This document shows positions 15,678 to 25,700 of a stretch of 61,237 bases of DNA, piece by piece. The notes below the pieces were generated by a model that did no database searches, was not told where the DNA came from, and worked only from the letters and a program-made list of their open reading frames with translations. The position numbers and the translations under genes were made by a program. Source of the DNA: a virus (taxonomy: Duplodnaviria; Caudoviricetes). Location: IMG/VR virus record IMGVR_UViG_3300017913_000657, positions 1 through 61,237 of that record, one strand, 5' to 3'. The first letter of the stretch is position 1. The number at the start of each line of letters is the position of its first letter.

Positions 15678-17582
15678 ATGACAGAAACAATGCCGACCCC
15701 GGTAATACCTTGGGGTCCAGTCGGTTACGTCACCTATAAGAGGACGTACTCACGGAAATTAAATGAAAAGCAGAGTGAGGAATGGCCTCAAACTGTAGAC
15801 CGGGTCATCAAGGCCTGCGACAAACAACTCGGAGTTGGATTCACCAGTGAAGAGGAGCAGGAGTTGCGCAACATCATGCTCGAACTCAAGGGCACGGTGG
15901 CTGGACGTTTCCTGTGGCAGCTCGGAACCAAGACCGTAGACCGATTGGGTCTTCCATCCCTCCAGAACTGTGCGTTCGTAGTGGTGGACCAGCCCATCCG
16001 TCCTTTCACTTGGGCATTCGAGATGCTGATGCTTGGCAGCGGTGTTGGGTTCAACATCCAGCGTGAGAACGTGTACCAGTTGCCGAAGCTGGGAAAGAAG
16101 AAGATTAAGATTGTCCGCAAGGACGAGAACGACGCCGACTTCATTGTCCCTGACAGCAGGGAGGGCTGGGTTGAGCTGCTCGACCGCGTGCTGCGGGCCA
16201 GCTTTGAGACTGGCAAGGGCTTCAGCTTCGCCACTCACCTCGTTCGCCCTGCTGGAGCACCCATCAAGGGATTCGGAGGCACTGCATCTGGTGCTGAGGA
16301 TTTGGTGAAGGGAATCATGAACATCAACGAGGTCTTGAACTCTCGTGCTGGCAAGAGACTGCGTCCTGTAGACTGTCTTGACATCATGAACATCATTGGT
16401 AGTGTCGTGGTGGCTGGCAACGTCCGTCGCTCTGCGCAGATTGCCTTGGGTGACCACGATGACATCGAGTATCTGCGTGCAAAACGTTGGGACTTGGGCA
16501 GCATCCCGAACTGGCGTGCCATGTCCAACAACTCCGTCGTGTGTGACGACATCAGCATGCTTCCCGAAGAGTTCTGGGAAGGATACAAGGGCAACGGAGA
16601 ACCGTATGGTCTCATCAACCTTGAGGCATCCCGTCGTATGGGTCGTACTCACGAGACTCAGTATCCTGACCCCGACGTTCAGGGTTACAACCCTTGCGCG
16701 GAGCAAAGCCTTGCGAACTTTGAGACCTGCTGCTTGGCGGAGATTTACCTGCCGAACATCGAGTCAGAAGAGGAGCTGCTCTCCGTAGCTAAGTACCTGT
16801 ACCGAATCAACAAGCACAGCTTGGCTATCAAGTGTGCCATCAAGGAGACCGAGGACATCGTGCATGAGAACATGCGCATGGGAATCGGCGTAACCGGATA
16901 CCTGCAAGCAACCGAGGAACAGCGTAGTTGGCTGTCCAGTGTGTACCCTAAACTCAGACAATTCGATGACGACTATTCAAGACTTCATGGACTTCCAACG
17001 TCAATTAAACTCACCACAGTTAAGCCCAGTGGCACGCTGTCTCTACTTGCTGGCGTTACACCGGGTGCTCATCCCGGATACTCAGAATACTTCATTAGAC
17101 GAATTAGAATGGCTACAGGTAGCGACCTTGTACAGGCTTGCAGGGACCGAGGCTATCGCGTAGAGTACGTCAAGAACTTTGATGGCACCGAGGACCATGG
17201 CACAGTGGTGGTTGAGTTCCCATGCAAGTTCCCAAGCGGCACCATGTTTGCTAAGGACATGACCGCCATCGACCAGCTCAAGGTCATCAAGCGTCTGCAA
17301 CAGGAGTGGTCAGACAACAGCGTCTCTGTCACCATCTACTACCGTAAGGAGGAGCTGGATGAGATTAAGACGTGGCTTGCTCTGGAGTACGAGAACGTGA
17401 AGTCTGTCAGCTTCTTGCTTCACAACGAGCACGGCTTTGCACAGGCACCCTTCGAGGAGATTGACGAAGCGACGTATCTGGAGATGAGTTCTAAGGTGAT
17501 GCCTATCACTAGTGTTGGTGCCCTTGACCTCGGCGACATTGACATTCAAGATTGTGACACCGGAGCATGCCCAGTGAGATGA
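15678..17582 (+). CDS. nrdJ: Class II (adenosylcobalamin-dependent, monomeric RTPR-type) ribonucleotide reductase
   Basis: YKRTYSR, AGRFLW, LQNCAF, VVAGNVRRSA, NPCAEQ, TTVKPSGT, C-terminal CDTGACP. Confidence 0.95.
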   Translation: MTETMPTPVIPWGPVGYVTYKRTYSRKLNEKQSEEWPQTVDRVIKACDKQLGVGFTSEEEQELRNIMLELKGTVAGRFLWQLGTKTVDRLGLPSLQNCAFVVVDQPIRPFTWAFEMLMLGSGVGFNIQRENVYQLPKLGKKKIKIVRKDENDADFIVPDSREGWVELLDRVLRASFETGKGFSFATHLVRPAGAPIKGFGGTASGAEDLVKGIMNINEVLNSRAGKRLRPVDCLDIMNIIGSVVVAGNVRRSAQIALGDHDDIEYLRAKRWDLGSIPNWRAMSNNSVVCDDISMLPEEFWEGYKGNGEPYGLINLEASRRMGRTHETQYPDPDVQGYNPCAEQSLANFETCCLAEIYLPNIESEEELLSVAKYLYRINKHSLAIKCAIKETEDIVHENMRMGIGVTGYLQATEEQRSWLSSVYPKLRQFDDDYSRLHGLPTSIKLTTVKPSGTLSLLAGVTPGAHPGYSEYFIRRIRMATGSDLVQACRDRGYRVEYVKNFDGTEDHGTVVVEFPCKFPSGTMFAKDMTAIDQLKVIKRLQQEWSDNSVSVTIYYRKEELDEIKTWLALEYENVKSVSFLLHNEHGFAQAPFEEIDEATYLEMSSKVMPITSVGALDLGDIDIQDCDTGACPVR

Positions 17583-17872
17583 CGAGCAAGGCAAGCAAGG
17601 AGTTCGCTGCGAACATGAGGTTGTTCCGAGTAGAGCAAATCATGCAGACCTTAGTCGATGCCGAGGCACTGGTTGCTGACGGCTTTGAGAACGCCCTCAT
17701 AGGGCACACTCAGGGCAGCAACGTGGTGGCGGTGTACGACTACGACAAGTGCGTTCAGGTACTGATGGAGCGAGACGAGATGTCCTGCGAGGATGCCGTC
17801 GAGTTCATGGAGTTCAACGTGGTCGGGTCTTACGTTGGAGAGAAGACACCCCTGTTCATCTCTCAGATATGA
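17579..17872 (+). CDS. Conserved phage hypothetical protein (ADGF..A.IG motif)
   Basis: ADGFENALIG...VYDYDKC...DAVEFMEFNVVGSYVGEKTP; start uncertain. Confidence 0.75.
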   Translation: MTSKASKEFAANMRLFRVEQIMQTLVDAEALVADGFENALIGHTQGSNVVAVYDYDKCVQVLMERDEMSCEDAVEFMEFNVVGSYVGEKTPLFISQI

Positions 17873-17934
17873 AACCCGTATCCCGATGCTGGGTCAGCCA
17901 GCTTTACTATCTTGGTATCGTTACGCCGGACTAG
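17869..17934 (+). CDS. 21-aa micropeptide
   Basis: MKPVSRCWVSQLYYLGIVTPD*; ATGA-coupled; just before a terminator. Confidence 0.35.
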   Translation: MKPVSRCWVSQLYYLGIVTPD

Positions 17935-17962
17935 TGCCGGAGTTTCGCTACCCCTAGTTGCG

Positions 17963-17990
17963 GCCCCTGCTCTTCGGAGTGGGGGCTTTT
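17963..17990 (+). terminator. Intrinsic terminator of the replication operon
   Basis: gcccctgctc-ttcg-gagtgggggc followed by tttt. Confidence 0.85.
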
Positions 17991-18012
17991 GCTTTCGTTA
18001 ACATTTGCCGCA

Positions 18013-18046
18013 CAATATCCCAGACCTCATGGCGTTTTAGATGTGA
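18013..18046 (+). promoter_or_regulatory. Early promoter-like motif, variant
   Basis: caata-N15-cgtt, immediately after the terminator. Confidence 0.65.
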
Positions 18047-18118
18047 AGCCCGGCAACGGGAAGTTCTTTGACTTACTGGATACGCATAATCAACACACAT
18101 TCATAAACACACATCATT

Positions 18119-18433
18119 ATGACAGAAGACAAAATCATTTATGACTGGGGACTCTACAATGTCGTCGAGGACGACCACTTCGAGTTCCAAGCAACGCCAC
18201 AGCAGATTGCCGAGGCGATGCCCGACCCGGACATCAGCGTTCGCTTGATTCGATACGACCGCAATGGTGATTGGGAGGACTGCCACATCGGTCCTGATGG
18301 CACCTTCGAGCATGATGGATTCTTCCTCTGCGGACACTCCAATAAGAAGGTGCCTAAGCGTTACGTTGAACAGGCCGCACGTTGGGTCAAGAAGTATGGC
18401 TACGAGTGCCGAGAGGTATGGAAAATCGACTAA
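18119..18433 (+). CDS. Hypothetical protein (early-type island)
   Basis: 104 aa; leader attcataaacacacatcat. Confidence 0.75.
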   Translation: MTEDKIIYDWGLYNVVEDDHFEFQATPQQIAEAMPDPDISVRLIRYDRNGDWEDCHIGPDGTFEHDGFFLCGHSNKKVPKRYVEQAARWVKKYGYECREVWKID

Positions 18434-18463
18434 TAGTAAATCTCATATTCATAAACACACATC

Positions 18464-18823
18464 ATGAAAAACAAACAGTATGAGCAGTACGCTCAAGAGA
18501 TTCTTTCTGATAAGAACCCTGAAGAGATTATCGCAAACATCATAAAGCAACGTGATGTCAATCGCAGATTCATCTATCAGGCACGCGAACTCATGGCGGT
18601 AGCGTCAAAGCTAATCGAGAGGTATTCTGAGCAAGTCTTTGAATCCAATGGCAAGCCGGGATACGCAACCGATGAACAGGTTGAAGCGATGGAGGCGATT
18701 GAAACAATGCTCCGGTATCCTGACGAGTTCTGTGCGAACAGTGACCTGCTTCAAGAGAAGCTAGATAAGGTCAAGGCAACTGACTTCGATGTCGTGCCCT
18801 ACGCTAATAGAGTCTGGAAGTGA
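18464..18823 (+). CDS. Hypothetical protein (early-type island)
   Basis: 119 aa; identical 19-nt leader. Confidence 0.75.
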   Translation: MKNKQYEQYAQEILSDKNPEEIIANIIKQRDVNRRFIYQARELMAVASKLIERYSEQVFESNGKPGYATDEQVEAMEAIETMLRYPDEFCANSDLLQEKLDKVKATDFDVVPYANRVWK

Positions 18824-18831
18824 CCCCAAAG

Positions 18832-18861
18832 AAACCCTCACCCTAACAGGTGGGGGTTTTT
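18832..18861. terminator. Terminator between convergent early/middle and late arms (probably bidirectional)
   Basis: aaaccctcacc-ctaaca-ggtgggggttt-tt. Confidence 0.75.
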
Positions 18862-19306
18862 ACTTTTTGGTCTTCTCGATTGTGCGACCAGCGAAGTATG
18901 CACCAAAGACAGTAAGCATCAGAACCTGAAGCAAGTCGATGTAATTCTCAGGTGGCATGAACTGCGGGTCCACTCCGTCCCAGACCATGATGACCATGAA
19001 GAAAACCAGCAGAGCAATCATCACGCTTGGGCGAATCATCTGCGCCAGCTTGACGTCGCTCTTCATGTCGGCCTCCCATCGGCGAGTCACGTTGTCCTGT
19101 GCGTTCATCTCCTGCTCGTGTCTGATTCTATCAAACTCCAGCTTCTGTTCTGGGGTCAGGCTAGGTTCGCCATCGACCAATCGCTTGACGACACCAAGCA
19201 CCCCAGTATCTGGGATGGCATCTCCGACAGCGTCCAGAACCTTGGGTGCCTTGTCCCTCAGCCACTGGCCTACTGCCGTGTCCTTTAGCTTCTTCTTTTC
19301 AGTCAT
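18860..19306 (-). CDS. Putative holin (3TM/GTA-holin-like)
   Basis: VTRRWEADM.SD..L...IRP, two transmembrane segments, FGAYFAGRTIEK; next to the putative endolysin. Confidence 0.75.
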   Translation of the reverse strand: MTEKKKLKDTAVGQWLRDKAPKVLDAVGDAIPDTGVLGVVKRLVDGEPSLTPEQKLEFDRIRHEQEMNAQDNVTRRWEADMKSDVKLAQMIRPSVMIALLVFFMVIMVWDGVDPQFMPPENYIDLLQVLMLTVFGAYFAGRTIEKTKK

Positions 19307-19763
19307 AGTCTGTATAGGTTATTGTCACCTCTTCGCCTCGCTCCAGTGCGGCTGCGATGGGTGGATACATTTGCTTGTACGCTGCGCCTGACTTACCCAC
19401 GAATCCATCTCCCCTAACGAGATTGCTTTCTTGGGTTTGACCAACGAGGAGACACCCCATTGTGTGCTCGTCGGTGTTGCCACAGTGAATCAAGATGAAC
19501 TCGAATCCGGGGACGTCCCTGACCCAAAGCATGCCACGGTGGATGGCAGGGAATCGCTTTGAATACTTCTGGTGAAACCCACCATGCTTGCGCAGGGTAA
19601 TCTTGTATGTCCCGGCTGGGATACGGGTCTCTCCCATTACCTTAGTTTCCCGCTCCTCATCCTCAAGAGTGTAGCAGAGGAACTTCCGCTCTTCCGTTAC
19701 ATCAAACAGGATGCCGTTGGTGCAGTCTTCCTGACTGCTGAATCTCAATACTTCTAATTTCAT
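19299..19763 (-). CDS. DUF5675-family protein, putative endolysin
   Basis: CYTLED, ETRIPAGTY, VPGFEFILIHCGNT..HTMGCLLVG. Confidence 0.8.
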   Translation of the reverse strand: MKLEVLRFSSQEDCTNGILFDVTEERKFLCYTLEDEERETKVMGETRIPAGTYKITLRKHGGFHQKYSKRFPAIHRGMLWVRDVPGFEFILIHCGNTDEHTMGCLLVGQTQESNLVRGDGFVGKSGAAYKQMYPPIAAALERGEEVTITYTDYD

Positions 19764-22700
19764 TCTTCAAACTTTTCTCCGAGGTACGCTTCCTCAACGT
19801 AGAAGTTGGGTCGAACCATAGCCATGTAGTAGTCCACGAACTCCGCGAACTTCTCATACTCTGGTGCCTCCATGTCCATCCGCTTGCTGCGCATGTAGAC
19901 GTAGTAGTCTCTCGCATCCTTGAGCTGGACCATCATCTTGCGCACCTCTCTCATGTAAGTCCTGTGCTCGTCCGGGTAGTCCTCCTTGGCCTTCATCTCT
20001 GCGACGAGAGGCTTGGTGGAAGTGCGGAAGGAATTCACTGAGCGTCGGTTGTCGAATGGGTTGTCCGTGCCGTCAAGGATTTTCTGGAGTCGCTCAACCC
20101 CTTCACCTTCCTGAAGCTCTCGACCGAAGTTCTTGGCGACAACCTCGTAGGCGGCGAGTGCCTCCTCGCTATTGAGTCTTCTCTCCTTGGGCAAGTCATC
20201 CAGTTCCTTGAGGAGAACCTCAATCTCCTTAGAGTTGAATCCCATCACCTGACCTCCGGTCAGCATCAGCTTACCCATGTAGTGCAGCATCATTGCGTCC
20301 TTATCCTCCGGTCTGACGTAGTAGTCGTTGCCAGTAGGCGAGATAATCTTGTTGCCCCCTTCCTTCAGGTTCAGCAGAGTGTTCTCCACATCTGTGATGT
20401 ACTGACCGTAGGGTCCAGCAAATCGAAGCAGTCCGTCAACGTAACCTTTTGGTGCGCCCTTGTAGAACACTGGCACACCCCCCTTGGTCCGCAACCACCG
20501 CTCGTATCCATCGTCCTCACCAAGTTTGAAGTCACCTTCGTTCATCACGTCCATCGGGTAGAACACAAAGCGGTTGATGAACCCCTTGAAGAGGTCGTCA
20601 GCAGGAGCGAACGGAGGCAGTGGGTTGAGGTCAACCAGAGTCTGTCCGATAATCTGGTACCATGCATTGTCTCTGGGGACTTTCTTCTGCTCGTCCTCAT
20701 CGTCACCCATGATAAAGTTGGCAATCATGTTCACCCACATGGCATTGATACTGTTGAACAGAGTAAACTCCGCGATTGTACCAGCCAATGCAACAGAAGC
20801 CTCGCCCTTCTCAGCAAGGTTTCCGTAGAGCACCTTGGTTGCGTCGGCAGAGACAGCCCGCTTCTTGTTCACGGTGTGTCTAGAGAACGGAAGCAGGATG
20901 TTCCTCATCGCCCAAGCCACTGCTGCCTTCGGTCCCTTGCCATCACTGTAGATGTCGGCAGCCTGACGAGGTGTCGATGCTGCTTGGTCCTTAGCCACCA
21001 TCGTGTTGGCGTAAGAGAGTGCCTCTTGGTTGGGTTCCAAAGCCTCCGAGTCCCAGTCGATGTCGCTGTAGGAATCGACTGCACCAGAAGAGATGAGTAC
21101 GTCACCATAGTATGTGAACCACGAAGCAATCGCAGCCACCTTGTCCGTCTCCTTCAATGCCTTGAGGCTTACATCACTGAGGAACCGCTGCACCTTGGTA
21201 AAGCCCATAGTGTCGAAGTCCATACGACCAGTGAATGGGTCGATGTTGCCAGACTCGTAGTCACGCTGGAAGACAGGAGAGTTCTGTAGCAGCTTGTACT
21301 TACCATCCTCCAGTGCCAGCTTACTGTCACCTCTGAGGTTAGTGACTGCGTAGTACGCCATACTCAGCACATTCTCTACGAGGTAGGGGATAGCCTGAAT
21401 TGGGTTCTTGCTTTGGAACGCAACCGAGGTCAACACCGTAGCCTGCTTGGGAATCTGCAAAAGGAATCCACCAAAAGACTTCAGCACCACTGCCATACGC
21501 AAAGTGTTGAGCGGGTTCGGCATGCGTACACCAGCAATCTTAGTTTCCGCAGAGAAGATGGATGGGACTTGCGAGTGGTCCTGCTTGACGTACTGCATAG
21601 CCTTACGCTCCAGTTCCTTTCTGAGTCTGTCAGGCATCACGCTTTTCAACTGGTCGCTGTTCAGAATGTGACTCATCGTCATGATGTCCCCGACTGTGTT
21701 GGAGAGAATGACGTTGTCACGAATCGTGCGCTCGTTGATTCCCAAGAAGTCAAGGCCAATACGGGCCTCCCCCTTCAAAGAACGTGGGTTACGCTCAAAA
21801 GAGCTGCCTGCTACCTTCTTACTCTGAGACAGAGAAGAGTTCATCAACTCATTCTGCATCTTGACGCGAAGACTGAGCAGGTCGTCCACACTTCTGGCAC
21901 CAGTAGCAGGGATGACTTCAAAAGCCGTGTAGTTATCCTCGACGACCAACTGCTTGCCGAGGTATCTCTCGACGTAGTTGTTGAACTGAGGCAGCATCGC
22001 TGCGTGTGCATCTGCAAACCACTTGACCATGTCAACCAAGTCACCCCGGTCAGACTCGACCTTTGCTACAGCCTCGGCTAGGTCTGCGGTGCTGCCGAAC
22101 ACATAGTCCATCGCTTCCCTAAACTCCTTGATTTCATTCGGAGTGAACGTCTCTTCACGCTCATAGTATTCGATGGTTCGGTTCATTGCGTTCCGCACCT
22201 CCAGATACCATAGTGCCTCAGCGTCCCGTTGCTCTCCTTGGAACTCCGGCATCTGCTTGAGCATAGAGTAAACCTGCATGACCGCACGGTCAAACCTCGT
22301 TGTCACGCTACCACCTCCGTCTTCAATCTCCTTTATCTTGTTCTGGAGGTCTTCGACAATTTGAGAGTGGATGAAGTCGGCACGAGCAAAGGCAGTCTCC
22401 ATCCCCGTAAGTCCGAGCACGTTCCTCAGCTTGGCAAAGGTCTTGTTGTCCGTAATCAAACTGTTCCGCAAGAAGGATTCAAGCGTATCCATCAGGCCAA
22501 GGCTGACCCTCTTGGATACACGGATGTTGCCCTTCTTAAACAGGCGGCCCAACTTGGTAGGCATGTCGAGCTGACCCTTCACAATAGAGTGGAGGTACCC
22601 GATACCATACAGTGAGTCGTTGACAATGTAGTCGTCGAGCTTGTAGTCAAGGTTGATGACTTGGTGCCTGTCCAGTCTTGCTAGTCTGTCTCTGAGCTTG

Positions 22701-25700
22701 TCGAAGTTCAGGTCCGAAACGTCATAGATGCCGAGGATGTCTGCAATCTGAGAGTCCTCCAGCAGCTTGTCGATGTTAGCTACAATTCTGGGGAGCAGAA
22801 CATCGTTGATAATGGTCTCCTTTTGCAGCGTGTCCTTGTCTGCCGCTGCCTCAGCGAGTCGCTTTGTAATAAGCTCAACGTGCGCTGGGTTTCCAGAGTC
22901 CAGAACCACAGTGTTCCCTTCGTCGTCAACCAGTGTTGGGTTGGAGTCGATAAAGTCCAAGATGGCGCGGCGACTGGGAGACAATCTGCTACGCTCGTAT
23001 GCCTTGACGATAGCATTGTACTCGTCCATGACATCCGTCTTGTTCTTGGCTGCCCTGCGCTGTGCCCTAGCCATGAAGAGGGACTGTCTACCCAGCTCCT
23101 CCATCGCTTGGTAATTACTCAAAGCGTTGTACAGCGTACTGACCTCAGTCTTGGCGGGTGCCACACCTACATATTGTTGTAGGTCTTTGTCGAACACCAC
23201 CTTAGTCTTGGACATGGATTGGACCGTCTCCATCAGAGTGGATATGAATCCTTCCAGTTCATTCTGAGGCAAGAGTGCAGGGTTCACATCGGACAATCCG
23301 CGTGCAACCTTACCGTAGGTTGCTGTACTCTTGAGTGCCTGACCACGACCTCTGACTTTGCCCATGCGCTTGAGTCGCTTCTGCAACTTGCGGGCGTGCT
23401 CGATACCGTCAAGGTATCTCTGCATTGCAGCCTTGGTGTCTCGCTCATCGAAGATGTTAGAAATCTTGTCGATGAAGGATTGCATGGAGTCCAGCCCCTG
23501 CTCCTTGACCTTCTTGCCGCTGGTCTTATGCGCCTGACGCACATACTTGACAAGTCTTGTAACCTGTCCTGCGGTGAAGGGGGTCTTAGAGTTCTCTTTC
23601 ATCCGCTCATTGATAAGTTCAATGGCCTTGCCAAGGAACTCCTCGAACGTCTTTGACTTGTCTCTCAGGGTCTCCAAGTCCTTCTTCAAGTTCTTGGCTA
23701 CCGTCGTCATCTTACGGGTCTGAAGGGCCTGCTTTGCAGCAACTCTCATGCCCTCCTTCTTTCCCTGAATCCTACCCTTCTTGTAGGCTACGGCACGTTG
23801 GAACAAATCCTCCGCAGCGTCGGCGTTCATGCCGTACTCCATCAAAGTCTTGATGACTTCTTTCTTGACGTACACAAACGCATCCAACTGAGCGGACTCC
23901 TCGATTCCTGTCACCGGGTTCTTCTTCCTGTAGTCCTTCAGGATTTTGGGTGACGGATATTTCGCGTCAATCATCTGGGAGACCAAGCGGAGGAGACTCC
24001 CCTGTGCTTTGGCTTCGGTCTGTGCTACGGCTTGCGCCTTAGGCCTGCCGACGCCAACTCCATAGGGTGCCTGAGTCATGCCCAGATTACCGCGCCATGC
24101 GCTGTCTGCTGCGTTGCGCTGCTGACTCTCATTGCGGACCTTACCCTTGTCGTCCTTCTCGTACAGCTTGTTTTCCAGTGCGTATTCAACGAAGTCCGCT
24201 CTCGTGAGGTTGAACTCCTTGTCTCTCAGGGCTTCATTCACATGAGGCTTGTCCTTGAAGACGTGCATGACGGGAGTCTTCTTAGCTCCGCTTGCATCGC
24301 GCATCGTTACCGCTGCGGGGAAGGCTTCGTTCCCCTCCATCATGTCGACGGACAGGTCAGAGTCTACCTCGATGGCGGCGTACACCAAGTCCTTTTCAAT
24401 CCCCTGAAGCACGCCCTCCGTCATTGCCTTGATGAGGTTGTACTTCAAGGAACTACCCACCTGTCCTCTCGTGATTCTAGGCGTGTCTGAGATGGCACGG
24501 ACCTTCTCCAACTTGGTGGGGTTGTCACGAACAGACTTCATCTTTCCGAGCAGGGCAAACACTTTGCCCATGGTCTTGGAGCGAAGCTCGAAAGACGTCT
24601 TGTCCATCGAGTTCATTCTGGAGATGGCCTCGTTGTAGTCTGCCTCGGAACTTCTGCTCCTAGGGATTGGGTCACCCAGCTTGCGCTTACCAGTCTTCTT
24701 GTCTACTGACTTCTCGACCGTGTCGTTGAAGGCGTCAACGAAGAGTCTGTTTCGTTGGGCCTCGGTGATGACCTTCTCATCCACCAGCTTCTGGAACAAT
24801 CCTTGAGCTGCTTGCAGGGTAGTCACATTGCTCAACACCTTCGTGTCAGAACCACTGATGAGTCCGATGAAGACCTTGCCGTCTGGCGACTCGGCACGCA
24901 GGGCGTTGACCTTTCTCACGAACACCTCAGCATCACTCTTCTGGGCGAAGGCCCACGAGTTGCCTGTGCGGATAGGATAGAACAGCCCTCCTCCACCTTC
25001 AGCAATAACCTCCTCGTCGAACATAACCTGTCCCACTAGCATGTGGTCCGGGGCAGAGGTAATCATTCTCCTTCCCGACAAGACCTCATCAAAGTCTGCG
25101 TTGTGCATGACCTTGTCAAATCCCTTACGGAACTCCTCATCCTCCGCTGCATATCTGTTGGACATGCGCCCAAACTTCTGCGCCTTGTTGGAGAAGGTCT
25201 GCTCCGTGTTGGAACCGACCTGACCGGGGATAGCGAACTGATACTTGATGGGGGTGCCGTCAGGACGAATGGTTAGATACCGCTCGTCACTAGGGAGCAC
25301 CTTCTCTACGTCCTTTGCAAGGACCAGAGCACCAACCTGAATAACCTCAGATGCAGAGACAACTGGGTTTCCGTCTCGCTTGTCGTAGAAGAAGCTATGT
25401 CGGAACGGGTTCATCCCAACTTGCACCCACCCCTCTAGTTTTCCGGTGGGCTGCTCGGACATATTGTACTGGTCGCCCTCCATGATTTGAACGGCACGCT
25501 CTCGCAAGTCCTCGGAGCTGTGGTTCTGCCAGCTACCGTACATCTTTGCGAAAGGAGTCTTACCCATAGAGTCCTTCTTGACCTTCTCCTTTCCGGTAGC
25601 TCTGTCTTTTACTACGTTTAAGTTGACACCGATGTTGATGGCGATGTTCAAGTCGCTGTCTGCCATTCGGTCAAACCTCACATCCTTGATGAGTCCCGTT

